From Alphaproteobacteria bacterium (GTDB taxonomy: Bacteria; Pseudomonadota; Alphaproteobacteria; MPNO01), in assembly GCA_965202905.1 (NCBI GenBank), contig OZ241868.1:516879-580878 (forward strand): a stretch of DNA of 64,000 nt, written 5' to 3'. Below the pieces are notes generated by a model that did not search any database, had not been told where the DNA came from, and saw only the letters and a program-made list of their open reading frames with translations. Made by a program: the position numbers and the translations under genes. Below are positions 35,710 through 46,481 of this stretch, piece by piece. Position 1 is the stretch's first letter. Each line of letters opens with the position of its first letter.

Positions 35710-38304
35710 ATGTCGGCTCACATGTTGGACGTTTTCGAGGCCGAGCTGGCAACCCAGAAGCTCACCGTCATCGAACGGCTTGAGCTTCCAGCGCGCGAAG
35801 AGAGAACGACGCCGGTTCCCGACGCATATCGGATCGGACCCGTTGGCAAAAGGCTGCTCTCGGACGGCACCTTGAAGGGAAACCTGTGGTTGCATCAGGC
35901 GCTCGCCCTCCAGGAATTTGCGACCGGCAACAACGTGGTGCTTTCGACGGGAACCGCATCCGGCAAATCCTTGGTGTTCCAGGCGGCCGCCATCAAGACG
36001 CTTCAGAATGACGACGAAGCAAAGGTTCTGGTGTTCTATCCCCTGAAGGCACTGGCGGCGGACCAGCGTGAGAGTTGGCGCCGCGCTCTCGAATTGGCGG
36101 GGATGCCGGAAGACTGGATTGGGATTGTCACGGGCGACGTGTCGAGGCCGGAACGCAAGACGACCCTCGAAAAAGCCCGGATCATTGTCGCGACGCCGGA
36201 TGTCTGTCATGCTTGGCTCATGCGGGGACTGTCCAGTAGTGCTTCCAAGCGCTTTCTCGCAAGCCTCGATCTCCTTATTATCGATGAAGCGCATACTCTC
36301 GAGGCTGTGTTCGGTAGCAATGTCGCCTTTCTGTTCCGGCGGCTCCAGGCTGCCGCACGGATATGTCGAGCGAAAAAGCGGGATGATCGCAGCTTCTCGG
36401 TCATCGCTGCGAGCGCCACGATTGCGAATCCGGGCGAACACCTCCACACGCTGACAGGCCTCGACTTCGCTGTCATCGACGGGAATCAGGACGGATCGCC
36501 TCAGCATGCCCGTTCGCTGCTGCACCTGGCCTGCGGCCCGGATGAGACACAGAGCATAATTTCGGACCTTCAAAGAGAGCTCATCGAGCATTCCGATTCG
36601 GGCAGCTTCATCACCTTCGTTGACTCGCGACAAGGTGTCGAACGGCTTGCTGCGCAGACCGAGCACGATCTCGTAAAGCCGTACCGGAGCGGCTACGAGG
36701 CCGAAGACCGCGCTGAGATCGAGGAGGCGCTGCGGTCCGGCAGGCTGCGCGGTGTCGTCGCAACATCAGCCCTCGAGCTTGGTATCGATATTCGTCACTT
36801 CGCAGTTGGTCTGAACCTCGAACTACCAACATCGCGGAAAGCATTCCGGCAGCGGTTGGGGCGCGTTGGCAGGTCCACGCCTGGCGCATTTGCTGTCGTG
36901 GCGCAGCCCAACGCCTTCCGACGCTACGGTTCATCACTTGAGGATTACTACCGGGGTTCAGTCGAGCCATCCCATCTTTACCTCGACAACCGCTTCGTCC
37001 ATTTCGCTCACGCGAAATGTCTCGCGGATGAACTCGATATGTTGGGAGTGAAAGGGCGATCAGTTCCGCAGGACGATATCGACTGGCCTTCCGGTTTCGT
37101 GGATGTCTACGAGTTCGCAAGAGTCGGCGGAACCAGGGCGCGTCCGAAGGAGTTCGATCATATTGCCGGTATCGGTGGCGACAATCCTCATTATAACTAT
37201 CCGCTACGCAACATAGGCGAGGAGAGCTTCCAGATCTCTCAGGGCCAGTTGCAGCCAATTGGTAAGCTGAATTTGCAGCAGGCCATTCGTGAAGCCTATC
37301 CCGGCGCTATCTACATGCACATGGGACGCCGCTGGCGAGTCCACGAATGGCGGAGTACAGCTCTGGAGCGCACGATCAAAGTGTCGTCGTGGAAGGCGCC
37401 GATCAACACGCGACCGCTGATCAGGACATTCGTCAACCTGAGTGTCGAGCGCGATGGAGTGGTCGCCAGCAATTTCTGCAAGGGGCCGCACGGGTTCCTG
37501 GCAGAGTGCCAACTCCAGATCACGGAGCGAGTCGAAGGATATCAAGAGCGCGGCGACCGAAAGCTCTATAGCGATCTGCGTCAGAATAATCCGCACATGT
37601 CTCCCAAGACCCGCGATTTCCGAACGACAGGCGTCGTACTCAAGATCGAGACCCAATGGATGGGAGAGGATAGCAAAAGACGACTCGCGGACGCGTTGCG
37701 CGATCTCATGGTTCGCGAGCACAGCATTTCACCGCAAGATGTCGGCGGTGCAGCCACCAATATCGCGATGGTCGTGGATGGCTCGCGCCATTCCGTGAGC
37801 GACGCGATCGTCATCTATGATGCGACCTATGGCAGCCTTCGACTGACGGAACCCGTATTCAACGAACTCGGCACCCTGATCGCCCGGCTCGAGCGGTCCA
37901 GCGAGCTGTCGCCGAGTGACGATGCGTTGGTGCCGGAGCAAATCGCATCGGGGTTACACGACTGGTTCGAGGAGCTCGGATCCGCAGATCCGGATGATTT
38001 TTCGAGCCTCGTGGATGGTAGAGGCGAGACAACGACAGATGGGCTGTTGTGGGTACTGGCGCCTGGAAGCATCGTAGCGAAGCGCGATAGCCAAGGCGTG
38101 CTACGCGACATCGAGATCGTGGCTCCGGAGATCGTGTCTCTCGACGGTCCACCGAAGCTTTTCTACCGCTACAGGGTTGATGGACCTGGAACCGCGATGG
38201 TGTCGGCGGATGCTATCAAACCGATCGGTGACGAATATCGGCACCAGAAATGGAATCCCCAGACGTCCGAGTACGTCGAGAGCGGCGAGGGTGATCTTCG
38301 CTGA
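35710..38304 (+). CDS. SF2 DEAD/DEAH-box helicase of the COG1205 / MrfA(YprA)-like family with divergent C-terminal domain lacking Cys4
   Basis: 864 aa; motif I TGTASGKSL, II IIDEAHTLE, III SAT, VI QRLGRVGR; post-helicase region resembles DUF1998 but has only 3 Cys; acidic C-terminus; gene visibly lower in GC. Confidence 0.8.
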   Translation: MSAHMLDVFEAELATQKLTVIERLELPAREERTTPVPDAYRIGPVGKRLLSDGTLKGNLWLHQALALQEFATGNNVVLSTGTASGKSLVFQAAAIKTLQNDDEAKVLVFYPLKALAADQRESWRRALELAGMPEDWIGIVTGDVSRPERKTTLEKARIIVATPDVCHAWLMRGLSSSASKRFLASLDLLIIDEAHTLEAVFGSNVAFLFRRLQAAARICRAKKRDDRSFSVIAASATIANPGEHLHTLTGLDFAVIDGNQDGSPQHARSLLHLACGPDETQSIISDLQRELIEHSDSGSFITFVDSRQGVERLAAQTEHDLVKPYRSGYEAEDRAEIEEALRSGRLRGVVATSALELGIDIRHFAVGLNLELPTSRKAFRQRLGRVGRSTPGAFAVVAQPNAFRRYGSSLEDYYRGSVEPSHLYLDNRFVHFAHAKCLADELDMLGVKGRSVPQDDIDWPSGFVDVYEFARVGGTRARPKEFDHIAGIGGDNPHYNYPLRNIGEESFQISQGQLQPIGKLNLQQAIREAYPGAIYMHMGRRWRVHEWRSTALERTIKVSSWKAPINTRPLIRTFVNLSVERDGVVASNFCKGPHGFLAECQLQITERVEGYQERGDRKLYSDLRQNNPHMSPKTRDFRTTGVVLKIETQWMGEDSKRRLADALRDLMVREHSISPQDVGGAATNIAMVVDGSRHSVSDAIVIYDATYGSLRLTEPVFNELGTLIARLERSSELSPSDDALVPEQIASGLHDWFEELGSADPDDFSSLVDGRGETTTDGLLWVLAPGSIVAKRDSQGVLRDIEIVAPEIVSLDGPPKLFYRYRVDGPGTAMVSADAIKPIGDEYRHQKWNPQTSEYVESGEGDLR

Positions 38305-38743
38305 TGATCAAGAACGGCGAAAACAGTAGGTCAGACTCCCACATCCGATGAGCGCCAGCAGCCGGACGGCGGTGATAGCCTTGGGACATTGGGCTCCGCT
38401 GTCATCGGGCGTGCGCCCGAGCGGGCCAACTCGTCCGTATCGAGAAACCGGGTGATGTGGTTCCTCGGGTGCTTGGAGATGCCGAGACGGGGATTGCTGT
38501 CGCGCAAGCCCCATTCCTCGGCCCGGAACATCATCGAGCGCATCGGGGAGATGAGTGCATGTCCGGGCAACGCGCGAGACGCCACCGCGGCGATCTGCGC
38601 GACCCGTTGATACAGGCGGCGCGCGAGGCCTGCGCGATCATCGGCGATGCCGTCGCCCGGCGCTCGTTGCAGCCCGGCGCCGCCACGATCGATCCGAAGC
38701 TTGCGACAGCGGCCGGGCGCTGTGCCGTCGAATCCGACCGCGG

Positions 38744-39511
38744 TTACGGATTGACCGAGAAGCTGACCGAGCCGATGTGCTGGACGGTGTTGCGCACGTA
38801 GTCGCCGACGCTGAGCGCCTCGGCGGCGGTAGCCCCGCCGGCCATGACGATCCAGCCCGCCTCCAGCTTCTCGCCGGCCTCGGTCGACAGGCGGGCCGCC
38901 GAGACCAGGGACCGGATCGGGTTGCCCAGGATCGCCGCCGAGGAACCGATCTGGCGCGGCCGTCCGTTGAGTTCCAGGATCATGCCGAGATTCGCCAAGT
39001 CGCACTCCGCGCCCTGCCAGGCGCCGACGACGATGCCGGACGATGAGCAGTTGTCGGCCACGACATCGGCCAGCGAGAACTTGAAGTTGCGGTAACGCGA
39101 ATCGATGATCTCGATCGCTGGCGCCACCGCCTCGATGGCCGCCATCGCCTCCGCCGCGGTGACGGGGGCGGCGAGCGGCTTTTTCAGCAGGAAGGCCACT
39201 TCGGGCTCAACCCTGGGGTGGACGTAGTCGGCCATCGAGATCGCATCGCCGTCTTCGACGATCATCCCGTCGGTGAGCCGGCCCCAGATCATGTCGTCGA
39301 TGCCCATCTGGACCATCTTCGCGCGGCTGGTGAAGCCCATCTTCACGCCGATGCGCTTCTCGCCGCGCGCCAGCCGGCGGGCGATCGAGGCGGCCTGGAC
39401 GGCATAGCCCTCCTCGGGGGTGATCGCGGCGGCATCGGAGATCTGCGCGATCGCCTCGGCGCTCGCGGCCGCATCGTCGAGGGATTGCGCCAGCGCTGCA
39501 ATATCGGTCAT
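38744..39511 (-). CDS. 2-keto-4-pentenoate (2-oxopent-4-enoate) hydratase
   Basis: 255 aa MhpD/BphH/XylJ-like; last gene of the minus-strand meta-pathway operon. Confidence 0.8.
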   Translation of the reverse strand: MTDIAALAQSLDDAAASAEAIAQISDAAAITPEEGYAVQAASIARRLARGEKRIGVKMGFTSRAKMVQMGIDDMIWGRLTDGMIVEDGDAISMADYVHPRVEPEVAFLLKKPLAAPVTAAEAMAAIEAVAPAIEIIDSRYRNFKFSLADVVADNCSSSGIVVGAWQGAECDLANLGMILELNGRPRQIGSSAAILGNPIRSLVSAARLSTEAGEKLEAGWIVMAGGATAAEALSVGDYVRNTVQHIGSVSFSVNP

Positions 39512-39514
39512 GGC

Positions 39515-40558
39515 TCAGGCCTCCTTCCCGTCCGCCTCGGCGCGCCTGGCGAGGTCCAGCGCGACGTCGACGATCATATCTTCCTGTCCGCCGACCATGC
39601 GCCGGTGTCCGAGCTCGACCAGGATGTCGCGGGTGTCGATCCCGTAGGTCTCCGAGGCCGTCTCGGCATGGCGCAGGAAGCTCGAATAGGATCCGGTATA
39701 GCCGAGCGACAGCGTCTCGCGATCGACCCGCACGGGACGGTCCTGAAGCGGGCGGACCAGCTCCTCGGCGGCATCCATCAGCGCCCACAGGTCGCATCCG
39801 TGGTTGAGGCCGGCCCGGTCGGCAACGGCGATGAACACCTCCAGCGGTGTGTTGCCGGCGCCCGCACCCATGCCCGCGAGCGAGGCATCGACGCGCGTCA
39901 CGCCGTATTCGAGCGCGATGATGGCGTTGGCCACCCCGAGGCCGAGGTTGTGATGGGCATGAATGCCGAGCTCGGTCTCCGGCTTCAGCCCGTCGCGGAA
40001 GGCGGCGAAGCGGTCGGCGGTGTCGCCCATCAGCAGCGCGCCGCCGGAATCGGTGACGTAGATGCAGTGCGCGCCGTAAGACTCCATCAGCTTGGCCTGG
40101 GCGACCAGTTCATCGGCCGGGATCATGTGGGCCATCATCAAGAACCCCGCGACGTCCATGCCGATCTCGCGGGCGTACTCGATGTGCTGCCTGGCGATGT
40201 CGGCCTCGGTGCAGTGCGTGGCGACGCGGACCGAGCGCGCGCCGGCGTCATAGGCGTTCTTCAGGTCGTGAATGGCGCCGATGCCGGGGATCAGAAGCGT
40301 CGCCAGCCGAGCGTGCTCGATCACGCTCGCCGCGGCCTCGATGTATTCGAGATCCGAATGCGCGGCGAAGCCGTAGTTGAACGACATTCCGGCCAACCCG
40401 TCGCCGTGGCAGACCTCGATCGCATCGACATGGGCGGCATCGAGCGCCTTGCAGATCGCCACCACATGGTCGAGACCGTATTGGTGCCGGATCGCATGCA
40501 TGCCGTCGCGCAGGGTGACGTCCTGAATGTAGATCTTCCTGGACTTGTCGAGGGCCAT
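39515..40558 (-). CDS. 4-hydroxy-2-oxovalerate aldolase
   Basis: 347 aa; [17 protein letters not shown], DmpG/MhpE/BphI motifs. Confidence 0.88.
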   Translation of the reverse strand: MALDKSRKIYIQDVTLRDGMHAIRHQYGLDHVVAICKALDAAHVDAIEVCHGDGLAGMSFNYGFAAHSDLEYIEAAASVIEHARLATLLIPGIGAIHDLKNAYDAGARSVRVATHCTEADIARQHIEYAREIGMDVAGFLMMAHMIPADELVAQAKLMESYGAHCIYVTDSGGALLMGDTADRFAAFRDGLKPETELGIHAHHNLGLGVANAIIALEYGVTRVDASLAGMGAGAGNTPLEVFIAVADRAGLNHGCDLWALMDAAEELVRPLQDRPVRVDRETLSLGYTGSYSSFLRHAETASETYGIDTRDILVELGHRRMVGGQEDMIVDVALDLARRAEADGKEA

Positions 40559-40572
40559 CGTCCGCTCTCCGG

Positions 40573-41499
40573 TCAGGCCGCGGCCGTCCGCCCGACCAGC
40601 CGTTCGGCGGTCTTGAGCGCGGCCGAGGTCATGATATCGAGGTTGCCGGCGTAGGTCGGCAGGTAGTGCCCCGCGCCCTCGACCTCGAGGAAGACAGAGG
40701 ATTTGATCCCGGTGAACTCGCCGAGTCCCGGGATGTGCAGGGGGTTGTTGGAGCCGAAACGCTCGAACTGCACGTCCTGCTTGAGGCGGTAGCCGGGCAC
40801 GTAAGACTGCACCTCGGCGATCATCGCCTCGACCGAGTGCGCGATCGCGCCGGTGTCGCTCTCATCGGACAGCGTGTAGATCGTATCGCGCATCAGGAGC
40901 GGCGGATCGGCTGGGTTGAGCACGATGATGGCCTTGCCGCGCCCGGCGCCGCCGACGACCTCGATCCCTTTTGCGGTGGTCTCGGTGAACTCGTCGATGT
41001 TGGCCCGTGTACCGGGTCCCGCCGACCGGCTGGAGATCGAGGCGACGATCTCGGCGTAGTGCACGGTCGCGATGCGGTCGACCGCATGGACGATCGGGAT
41101 CGTCGCCTGGCCGCCGCAGGAGACCATGTTGATGTTGGGCGCGCCCAGATGCTCGTCCATGTTGACCGCCGGCACGACATAGGGGCCGATCGCCGCCGGC
41201 GTCAGGTCGATGATGGTCTTGACGTGACCGGCGCAGATCCTGGCGTTGCGCGCATGCGCCTTGGCCGAGGTCGCATCGAAGACGATGCCGATGCCGGCCC
41301 ATTCGTCCATCGCGGTCAGGCCGTCCAGCCCTTCATGGGTGGTCGCGACGCCGAGCGTGCGGGCCCGCGCGAGCCCGTCGGATTCGGGGTCGATACCGAC
41401 CAGGGCGCCCATTTCCAGGATCTCGGAGGTCTCGATGATCTTGATCATCAGATCGGTGCCGATGTTGCCCGAGCCGATGATCGCAACGCGCGTTTTCAT
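40573..41499 (-). CDS. acetaldehyde dehydrogenase (acetylating)
   Basis: 308 aa from [17 protein letters not shown]; DmpF/MhpF family; trimmed. Confidence 0.88.
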   Translation of the reverse strand: MKTRVAIIGSGNIGTDLMIKIIETSEILEMGALVGIDPESDGLARARTLGVATTHEGLDGLTAMDEWAGIGIVFDATSAKAHARNARICAGHVKTIIDLTPAAIGPYVVPAVNMDEHLGAPNINMVSCGGQATIPIVHAVDRIATVHYAEIVASISSRSAGPGTRANIDEFTETTAKGIEVVGGAGRGKAIIVLNPADPPLLMRDTIYTLSDESDTGAIAHSVEAMIAEVQSYVPGYRLKQDVQFERFGSNNPLHIPGLGEFTGIKSSVFLEVEGAGHYLPTYAGNLDIMTSAALKTAERLVGRTAAA

Positions 41500-41538
41500 G
41501 GTTCTTTGTCCCTGTCTCCGTCCCTGCCTCCGCAATTC

Positions 41539-42327
41539 TCAAGACTCGAAGGCCGCGCGGACCGAGCCGAGCCCTTCGATCCGCGCCTCCATCACGTCGC
41601 CCGGCATCACCGGCGCCATCGGGCCGAGCGCGCCGGTCATGATCACGTCGCCCGCATGCAGCGGCGTTCCTACCTCGACCATCTTGCGGGCAAGCCAGAG
41701 GGCGGCGTTCAACGGGTTGCCCAGGCACGCCACGCCGGCCCCGACCGAGACCTGATCCCCCTTGTTCTCCATCACCATGCCGCATTCGCGCAGGTCGAGG
41801 TCCTCGATCGCGACCGGCCGCGCGCCCAGGACGAACAGCCCCGAAGACGCGTTGTCGGCGATGGTGTCGACGATCTTGATGTCCCACTTGGCGATGCGCG
41901 AGCCAACCACCTCGATCGCCGGCAGGGCGTAGGCAACCGCATCGATCAGGTCGATCGGCGTGAGCTGCCCATCGTAGAGATCGTACTCCAGCACCAGCGC
42001 GACCTCGGCCTCGCAGCGCGGCTGGAGGACCCGGCTGACCGGGATCTCCTCGCCGTCGGCCAGGCACATGTCGGCGAACAGCATACCGTAATCAGGTTGG
42101 TCGACGCCGAGCTGGGTCTGAACGGCCTTGGCGGTCAGCCCGATCTTGCGTCCGACCAGCCGGCGGCCCTCCTTCTCGATCCAGTGGTCGGTGTTCAGCT
42201 TCTGGACCTGGTAGGCGGCGTCGACATCGTTCGCAGGCAGGGACTCGCGGACCGGCTCGATCGGCTTTCCCCTGGACCAGGCGCCGCGGATGCGGCTGGC
42301 CGCTTTCTTGATCGCGTCTTGGCTCAT
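41539..42327 (-). CDS. 4-oxalocrotonate decarboxylase / 2-oxopent-4-enoate hydratase family protein
   Basis: 262 aa from [11 protein letters not shown]; XylI/XylJ fold, paralogue of 38744..39511; GAGGGG RBS; trimmed. Confidence 0.8.
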   Translation of the reverse strand: MSQDAIKKAASRIRGAWSRGKPIEPVRESLPANDVDAAYQVQKLNTDHWIEKEGRRLVGRKIGLTAKAVQTQLGVDQPDYGMLFADMCLADGEEIPVSRVLQPRCEAEVALVLEYDLYDGQLTPIDLIDAVAYALPAIEVVGSRIAKWDIKIVDTIADNASSGLFVLGARPVAIEDLDLRECGMVMENKGDQVSVGAGVACLGNPLNAALWLARKMVEVGTPLHAGDVIMTGALGPMAPVMPGDVMEARIEGLGSVRAAFES

Positions 42328-42343
42328 CGGCTGCGGTTGCCCC

Positions 42344-43855
42344 TCAAAGCTTGATGCAGATGTTCTTCTGCTCGGAATAGAAGTTGAGCGCGTGCTGGCC
42401 GCCCTCGCGCCCGATGCCGGACAGCCCGATGCCGCCGAACGGCGTGCGCAGATCGCGCAGGAACCAGCAATTGACCCAGTTGATGCCCGCCTCCATCGCT
42501 TGGCTGACCCGATGGCCGCGCGACAGATCGGTGGTCCACACGACCGAGGCCAGGCCGTAATCGGTGTCGTTGGCCATCGCGATCGCCTCGTCCTCGGTAT
42601 CGAAGGGGGTGACGTGGCAGACCGGCCCGAAGATCTCCTCCTTCTGGATCCGCGTGTCCTCGCCAAGCCCGGTGAAGACGGTCGGCTCGACGAAGGCGCC
42701 GGCATCGCGGCCGTCGCCGAACGCGGGGATGCCGCCGCCGGTCACGATTTCGGCGCCGAGCCCGGCCGCCAGCTTGTAGTAGGACATCACCTTGTCGCGG
42801 TGCCCGTGGGAGATCAGCGAGCCCATCTGGGTCGAAGTATCCTCCGGCCGGCCGATGACCATAGCCTCCGCCCGGCCCTTCAGCGCATCCACGAAGCGCT
42901 CGTGGATCGAACGCTCGACATAGACCCGCTCGGAGCTCAGGCAGACCTGCCCCGTATTGGCGAAGACCGAACGGGACGTGCCGTCGAGCGCGGCGTCGAA
43001 GTCAGCGTCGGCGAAGACGATTGCCGGGTTTTTGCCGCCGAGCTCGAAGGACAGCGCCTTGATGTTGACCGAGGCCGCTTTCATGATCTCGCGCCCGGTC
43101 GCGGTCTCGCCGGTGAAGGTGATCGCATCGATGCCGGTGTGACGGGTAATGAACTCGCCGGCCGAGCCGGGCCCGAAGCCGTGGACGACGTTGAACGCGC
43201 CGGCCGGAACGCCGGCTTCGTGCATCACCTCGGCCAACAGCGTCGCCGTCGTCGGGGTCTCCTCGGACGGCTTCAGGATCACCGCGTTGCCGCAGGCCAT
43301 CGCCGGCGCGAGCTTCCAGGTCGACAGCAACAGCGGCAGGTTCCAGGGCGAGATCACGCCCACCACGCCGTGCGGCTGCCGCACCGCGTAGTTGATCGCG
43401 CCGCGCCCGTCGGGCGTCTCCTGCATATAGGCCTCGGTGCCGACCGACTTCACCAAATCGGCGAAGACCCGGAAATTGGCCGCCCCGCGCGGGATGTCGA
43501 GGTGGCTGGCCAGCGACTTCGGCTTGCCGGTATCGGCGCATTCGGCATCGACGAACTCGTCGAAGCGTCTCTCGACGCCCTCGGCCACCGCGTAGAGCAA
43601 ATTGCAGCGCGCCTCGGCGGTCAGCGTGCCCCACGCGCCGTGATAGGCTTTTCGCGCGGCATCGACCGCTTGGTCGACCACCTCGCGGCTCGCCTCATGG
43701 ACGACCGAGATCAGCGTGCCGTCGACCGGCGTGATGTTCTCGAACGTGCCTGCGCCGGCGACGAACTCTCCGCCGACATAGTTTCTCAATTCGCGAACGT
43801 TGCCTTGCGCCTCGGTCGCCACCTCGCGTCTCCCCTGGCATCGATTGCCGCGCAC
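42344..43855 (-). CDS. NAD+-dependent 2-hydroxy(or 2-amino)muconic semialdehyde dehydrogenase
   Basis: ALDH catalytic Cys and Glu motifs ([15 protein letters not shown]); XylG/DmpC/AmnC-like; true start may be the in-frame TTG at 43789. Confidence 0.82.
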   Translation of the reverse strand: MRGNRCQGRREVATEAQGNVRELRNYVGGEFVAGAGTFENITPVDGTLISVVHEASREVVDQAVDAARKAYHGAWGTLTAEARCNLLYAVAEGVERRFDEFVDAECADTGKPKSLASHLDIPRGAANFRVFADLVKSVGTEAYMQETPDGRGAINYAVRQPHGVVGVISPWNLPLLLSTWKLAPAMACGNAVILKPSEETPTTATLLAEVMHEAGVPAGAFNVVHGFGPGSAGEFITRHTGIDAITFTGETATGREIMKAASVNIKALSFELGGKNPAIVFADADFDAALDGTSRSVFANTGQVCLSSERVYVERSIHERFVDALKGRAEAMVIGRPEDTSTQMGSLISHGHRDKVMSYYKLAAGLGAEIVTGGGIPAFGDGRDAGAFVEPTVFTGLGEDTRIQKEEIFGPVCHVTPFDTEDEAIAMANDTDYGLASVVWTTDLSRGHRVSQAMEAGINWVNCWFLRDLRTPFGGIGLSGIGREGGQHALNFYSEQKNICIKL

Positions 43856-44088
43856 AATACGGGGATTCGCCGGTCCCTGGAACCGCGCAGTGCGACAATT
43901 CGCAACTTAAGCAGGCAAGACGGCCCATCCGGTCCGAAGTGCGTATCGTTCGATTCGGCGCGCATCTCGCCGACATCGCGAAACTATTCTAAAATGGACC
44001 GACACATCCAGGAAAGCGAGCGAAGCGCCGCGCGAACGACGCAGATCGGCATTGGGACGGCGATCAAATCGGTGAGGGGAGACGCAGA

Positions 44089-45375
44089 ATGCTTCGCAAA
44101 GAAGTAAACGACCTGCTGACGCAGACGGACAAAGGAACGCCCATGGGCGAGCTGTTTCGCCGGTATTGGATCCCGGCGCTGCTTGCAAGCGAGTTGCCCG
44201 AAAATGATTGCCCGCCGGTGCGCGTCGCGCTCCTGGGCGAACCGATGATCGCGTTTCGCGACAGCCACGGCCGCTACGGACTGATGGAGGAGTTCTGTGC
44301 GCATCGCCGGGTCTCGCTGTGGTTCGGCCGCAACGAGAACGGCGGGCTGCGCTGTCCCTATCACGGCTGGAAGTACGACGTGACGGGCCAGTGCGTCGAG
44401 ATACCGTCGGAGCCTGAGGAAAGCGACTTCTACAAATCGATCAAGCTCGACGCCTATCCCTTGCTCAAGGTCGGCGATGTGCTCTGGACCCATATGGGCG
44501 ATGCCGGAAACCGCCCGCCCGAACCGGCGTGGGAGTTTGCGACCGTCGCGCCCGAGTGGACCGTCACGACCAAGCGCCTCCAGGAGTGCAACTGGCTGCA
44601 GGCCCTCGAAGGCGGCATCGATTCGAGCCATGTTTCGTTCCTTCATGCGAACGAACTCGAACGGGATCCGCTGTTCAAGGGCGCCAAGGCCAACCAGTAC
44701 AACCTGAACGACACCAAGCCGGTGTTCAATGTCGCTCAATCTGAAGGCGGGCTCTATATCGGCGTCCGCCGCAACATCGAGGGCGATCGGTATTACTGGC
44801 GGATCACCCAGTGGGTCATGCCCTGCTTCACCATGATTCCACCCCGCGCCGACCACCCGCAGCACGGCCATTTCTGGGTGCCGATCGACGACAGGAATTG
44901 CTGGACCTGGAGCTACGACTACCATCCGGAACGTCCGCTGACTGCCGGGGAGCGCCAAGCCTGCCTCGACGGCAAGGGCGTCCACAGCGAGAACATTCCG
45001 GGCACGTTCCGTCCGGTCCAGAACAAGGACAACGACTACCTGATGGACCGGGAGGCGCAGAAGCGCGGCGAAACCTATTCGGGCATAGCGGGTTTCGCGA
45101 TGCAGGATTCCAGCCTTCAGGAATCCATGGGGCCGGTTATCGATCGGACCCGGGAAAACCTAGTCGGCACCGACTACGGGATCGTGATGATGCGCAACCG
45201 TCTGCGCAAGGCGGTCGCGGACATGCGCGAAAAGGGCATCGAGCCGCCGGGCCGGGATGTCGAGCACCAGAAAGTGCGCTCGGTGTCGGTCGTTCTGGAC
45301 CCTGAACTGAACTACGCGGCGGCCTGCCGGGACGCCTTCATCGCCGGGCACGGCAAGCCGCGAACCACGGTGTAG
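44089..45375 (+). CDS. Rieske oxygenase of the phthalate-dioxygenase-like (alpha-only) class
   Basis: 428 aa; CAHRRVSLWFG...CPYHGWKYD Rieske; SHVSFLH iron site. Confidence 0.8.
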   Translation: MLRKEVNDLLTQTDKGTPMGELFRRYWIPALLASELPENDCPPVRVALLGEPMIAFRDSHGRYGLMEEFCAHRRVSLWFGRNENGGLRCPYHGWKYDVTGQCVEIPSEPEESDFYKSIKLDAYPLLKVGDVLWTHMGDAGNRPPEPAWEFATVAPEWTVTTKRLQECNWLQALEGGIDSSHVSFLHANELERDPLFKGAKANQYNLNDTKPVFNVAQSEGGLYIGVRRNIEGDRYYWRITQWVMPCFTMIPPRADHPQHGHFWVPIDDRNCWTWSYDYHPERPLTAGERQACLDGKGVHSENIPGTFRPVQNKDNDYLMDREAQKRGETYSGIAGFAMQDSSLQESMGPVIDRTRENLVGTDYGIVMMRNRLRKAVADMREKGIEPPGRDVEHQKVRSVSVVLDPELNYAAACRDAFIAGHGKPRTTV

Positions 45376-45408
45376 GGCGCGCGCAAGCGTTTATGAAGCG
45401 AGGACGGG

Positions 45409-46398
45409 ATGACGCCGCTCAAGTTGAGTATCGCGACGACCGACTACGATCATTTCCGCGATTTCCGCACCGGCGCCGTCCGGGCCGAGGGGATCGACCA
45501 GACGTGGTCGATGCTGGGGCATCACGAAGTGTTCGCGCGCTTCACCGCGAACCGGGAATGGGACGTAGCCGAGCTGAGCTTCGCCAAGTTCTGCGCGCAG
45601 ATCACCCGGGACGAATGCGACATCGTCGGCCTGCCGGTCGTCTGTTCCAGGCTGTTTCGGTTTTCATCGTTTTATGTGAATAAGAACGCCGGAATCCAGG
45701 CGGTGGGAGACCTCAAAGGCAAGCGCATCGGCTCGCCCGAATGGGCGCACTCGGCGGCGGTCTACATGCGCGGCTGGATGCACAATGAGTGCGGCGTGAC
45801 GCTCTCGGACGTGCACTGGTTTCAGGCAGGCGCCAACGCGCCCGGCCGCGTCGAGAAGGTGGAACTCAACCTGCCGGCCAATGTCGAGCTTTCGCGCGTC
45901 GCCCACACCTCGCTCTCGGACATGCTGGCGTCCGGCGAGATCGACTGCGCCATTATCGCGCGGCCGCCGACATGCTTCCTCGAAGGCCATACGGACGTCG
46001 TCCGGCTGTTTCCCGACTACCTCGAGATGGAAGAAGAATATTTCGCACGGACCGGAGTCTGGCCCATCATGCACATCGTTGCGATGCAGAGGCGTATTCT
46101 GGACGAGAATCCCTGGGTCGCGCGCAATCTCTATAACGCGTTCAACGAATCCAAGCGGCGCAGTGTCGAGCGTATGCTCGATCCCGCGGTCTCCCGCTAT
46201 CCGCTGGCGTGGGCGCCAGCCTACGCCGCCAGGATGCGGGAGACGTTCGGCGGCGATCCCTTCCCCTTCGGCATCGAAGAGAACCGCCCCACCTGGGAGC
46301 AGATGCTACTCTACACCCACCAGCAGGGCATCGCACACAGGCATATGACGCCAGAAGATATTTTTCCGCAAGGGATCATGACCAAGGTCGTGGTGTAG
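45409..46398 (+). CDS. NMT1/THI5-fold protein resembling 4,5-dihydroxyphthalate decarboxylase (PhtD/Pht5-like)
   Basis: 329 aa; MTPLKLSIATTDYDHFRD... pattern recalled from Pht5-type decarboxylases. Confidence 0.55.
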   Translation: MTPLKLSIATTDYDHFRDFRTGAVRAEGIDQTWSMLGHHEVFARFTANREWDVAELSFAKFCAQITRDECDIVGLPVVCSRLFRFSSFYVNKNAGIQAVGDLKGKRIGSPEWAHSAAVYMRGWMHNECGVTLSDVHWFQAGANAPGRVEKVELNLPANVELSRVAHTSLSDMLASGEIDCAIIARPPTCFLEGHTDVVRLFPDYLEMEEEYFARTGVWPIMHIVAMQRRILDENPWVARNLYNAFNESKRRSVERMLDPAVSRYPLAWAPAYAARMRETFGGDPFPFGIEENRPTWEQMLLYTHQQGIAHRHMTPEDIFPQGIMTKVVV

Positions 46399-46481
46399 CG
46401 AACAGTCGTCCCCCGGTCGCTCATGAACCCGGCATCCGACGGGACAATCGAGGCGAGGGCCGCCGTAGACGGATCGGCCGC

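Noticed and set aside
35710-38304. Helicase as DrmA of a DISARM system or HamB of Hachiman
   Set aside because: No DrmB/DrmC/methylase, SNF2 or DUF1837 partner genes anywhere in the island. Only a 68-aa ORF accompanies it.
38331-39005. Minus ORF 38331..39005 and plus ORF 38457..38801 near the hydratase 3' end
   Set aside because: They overlap the conserved hydratase gene out of frame or antisense. No recognisable family.
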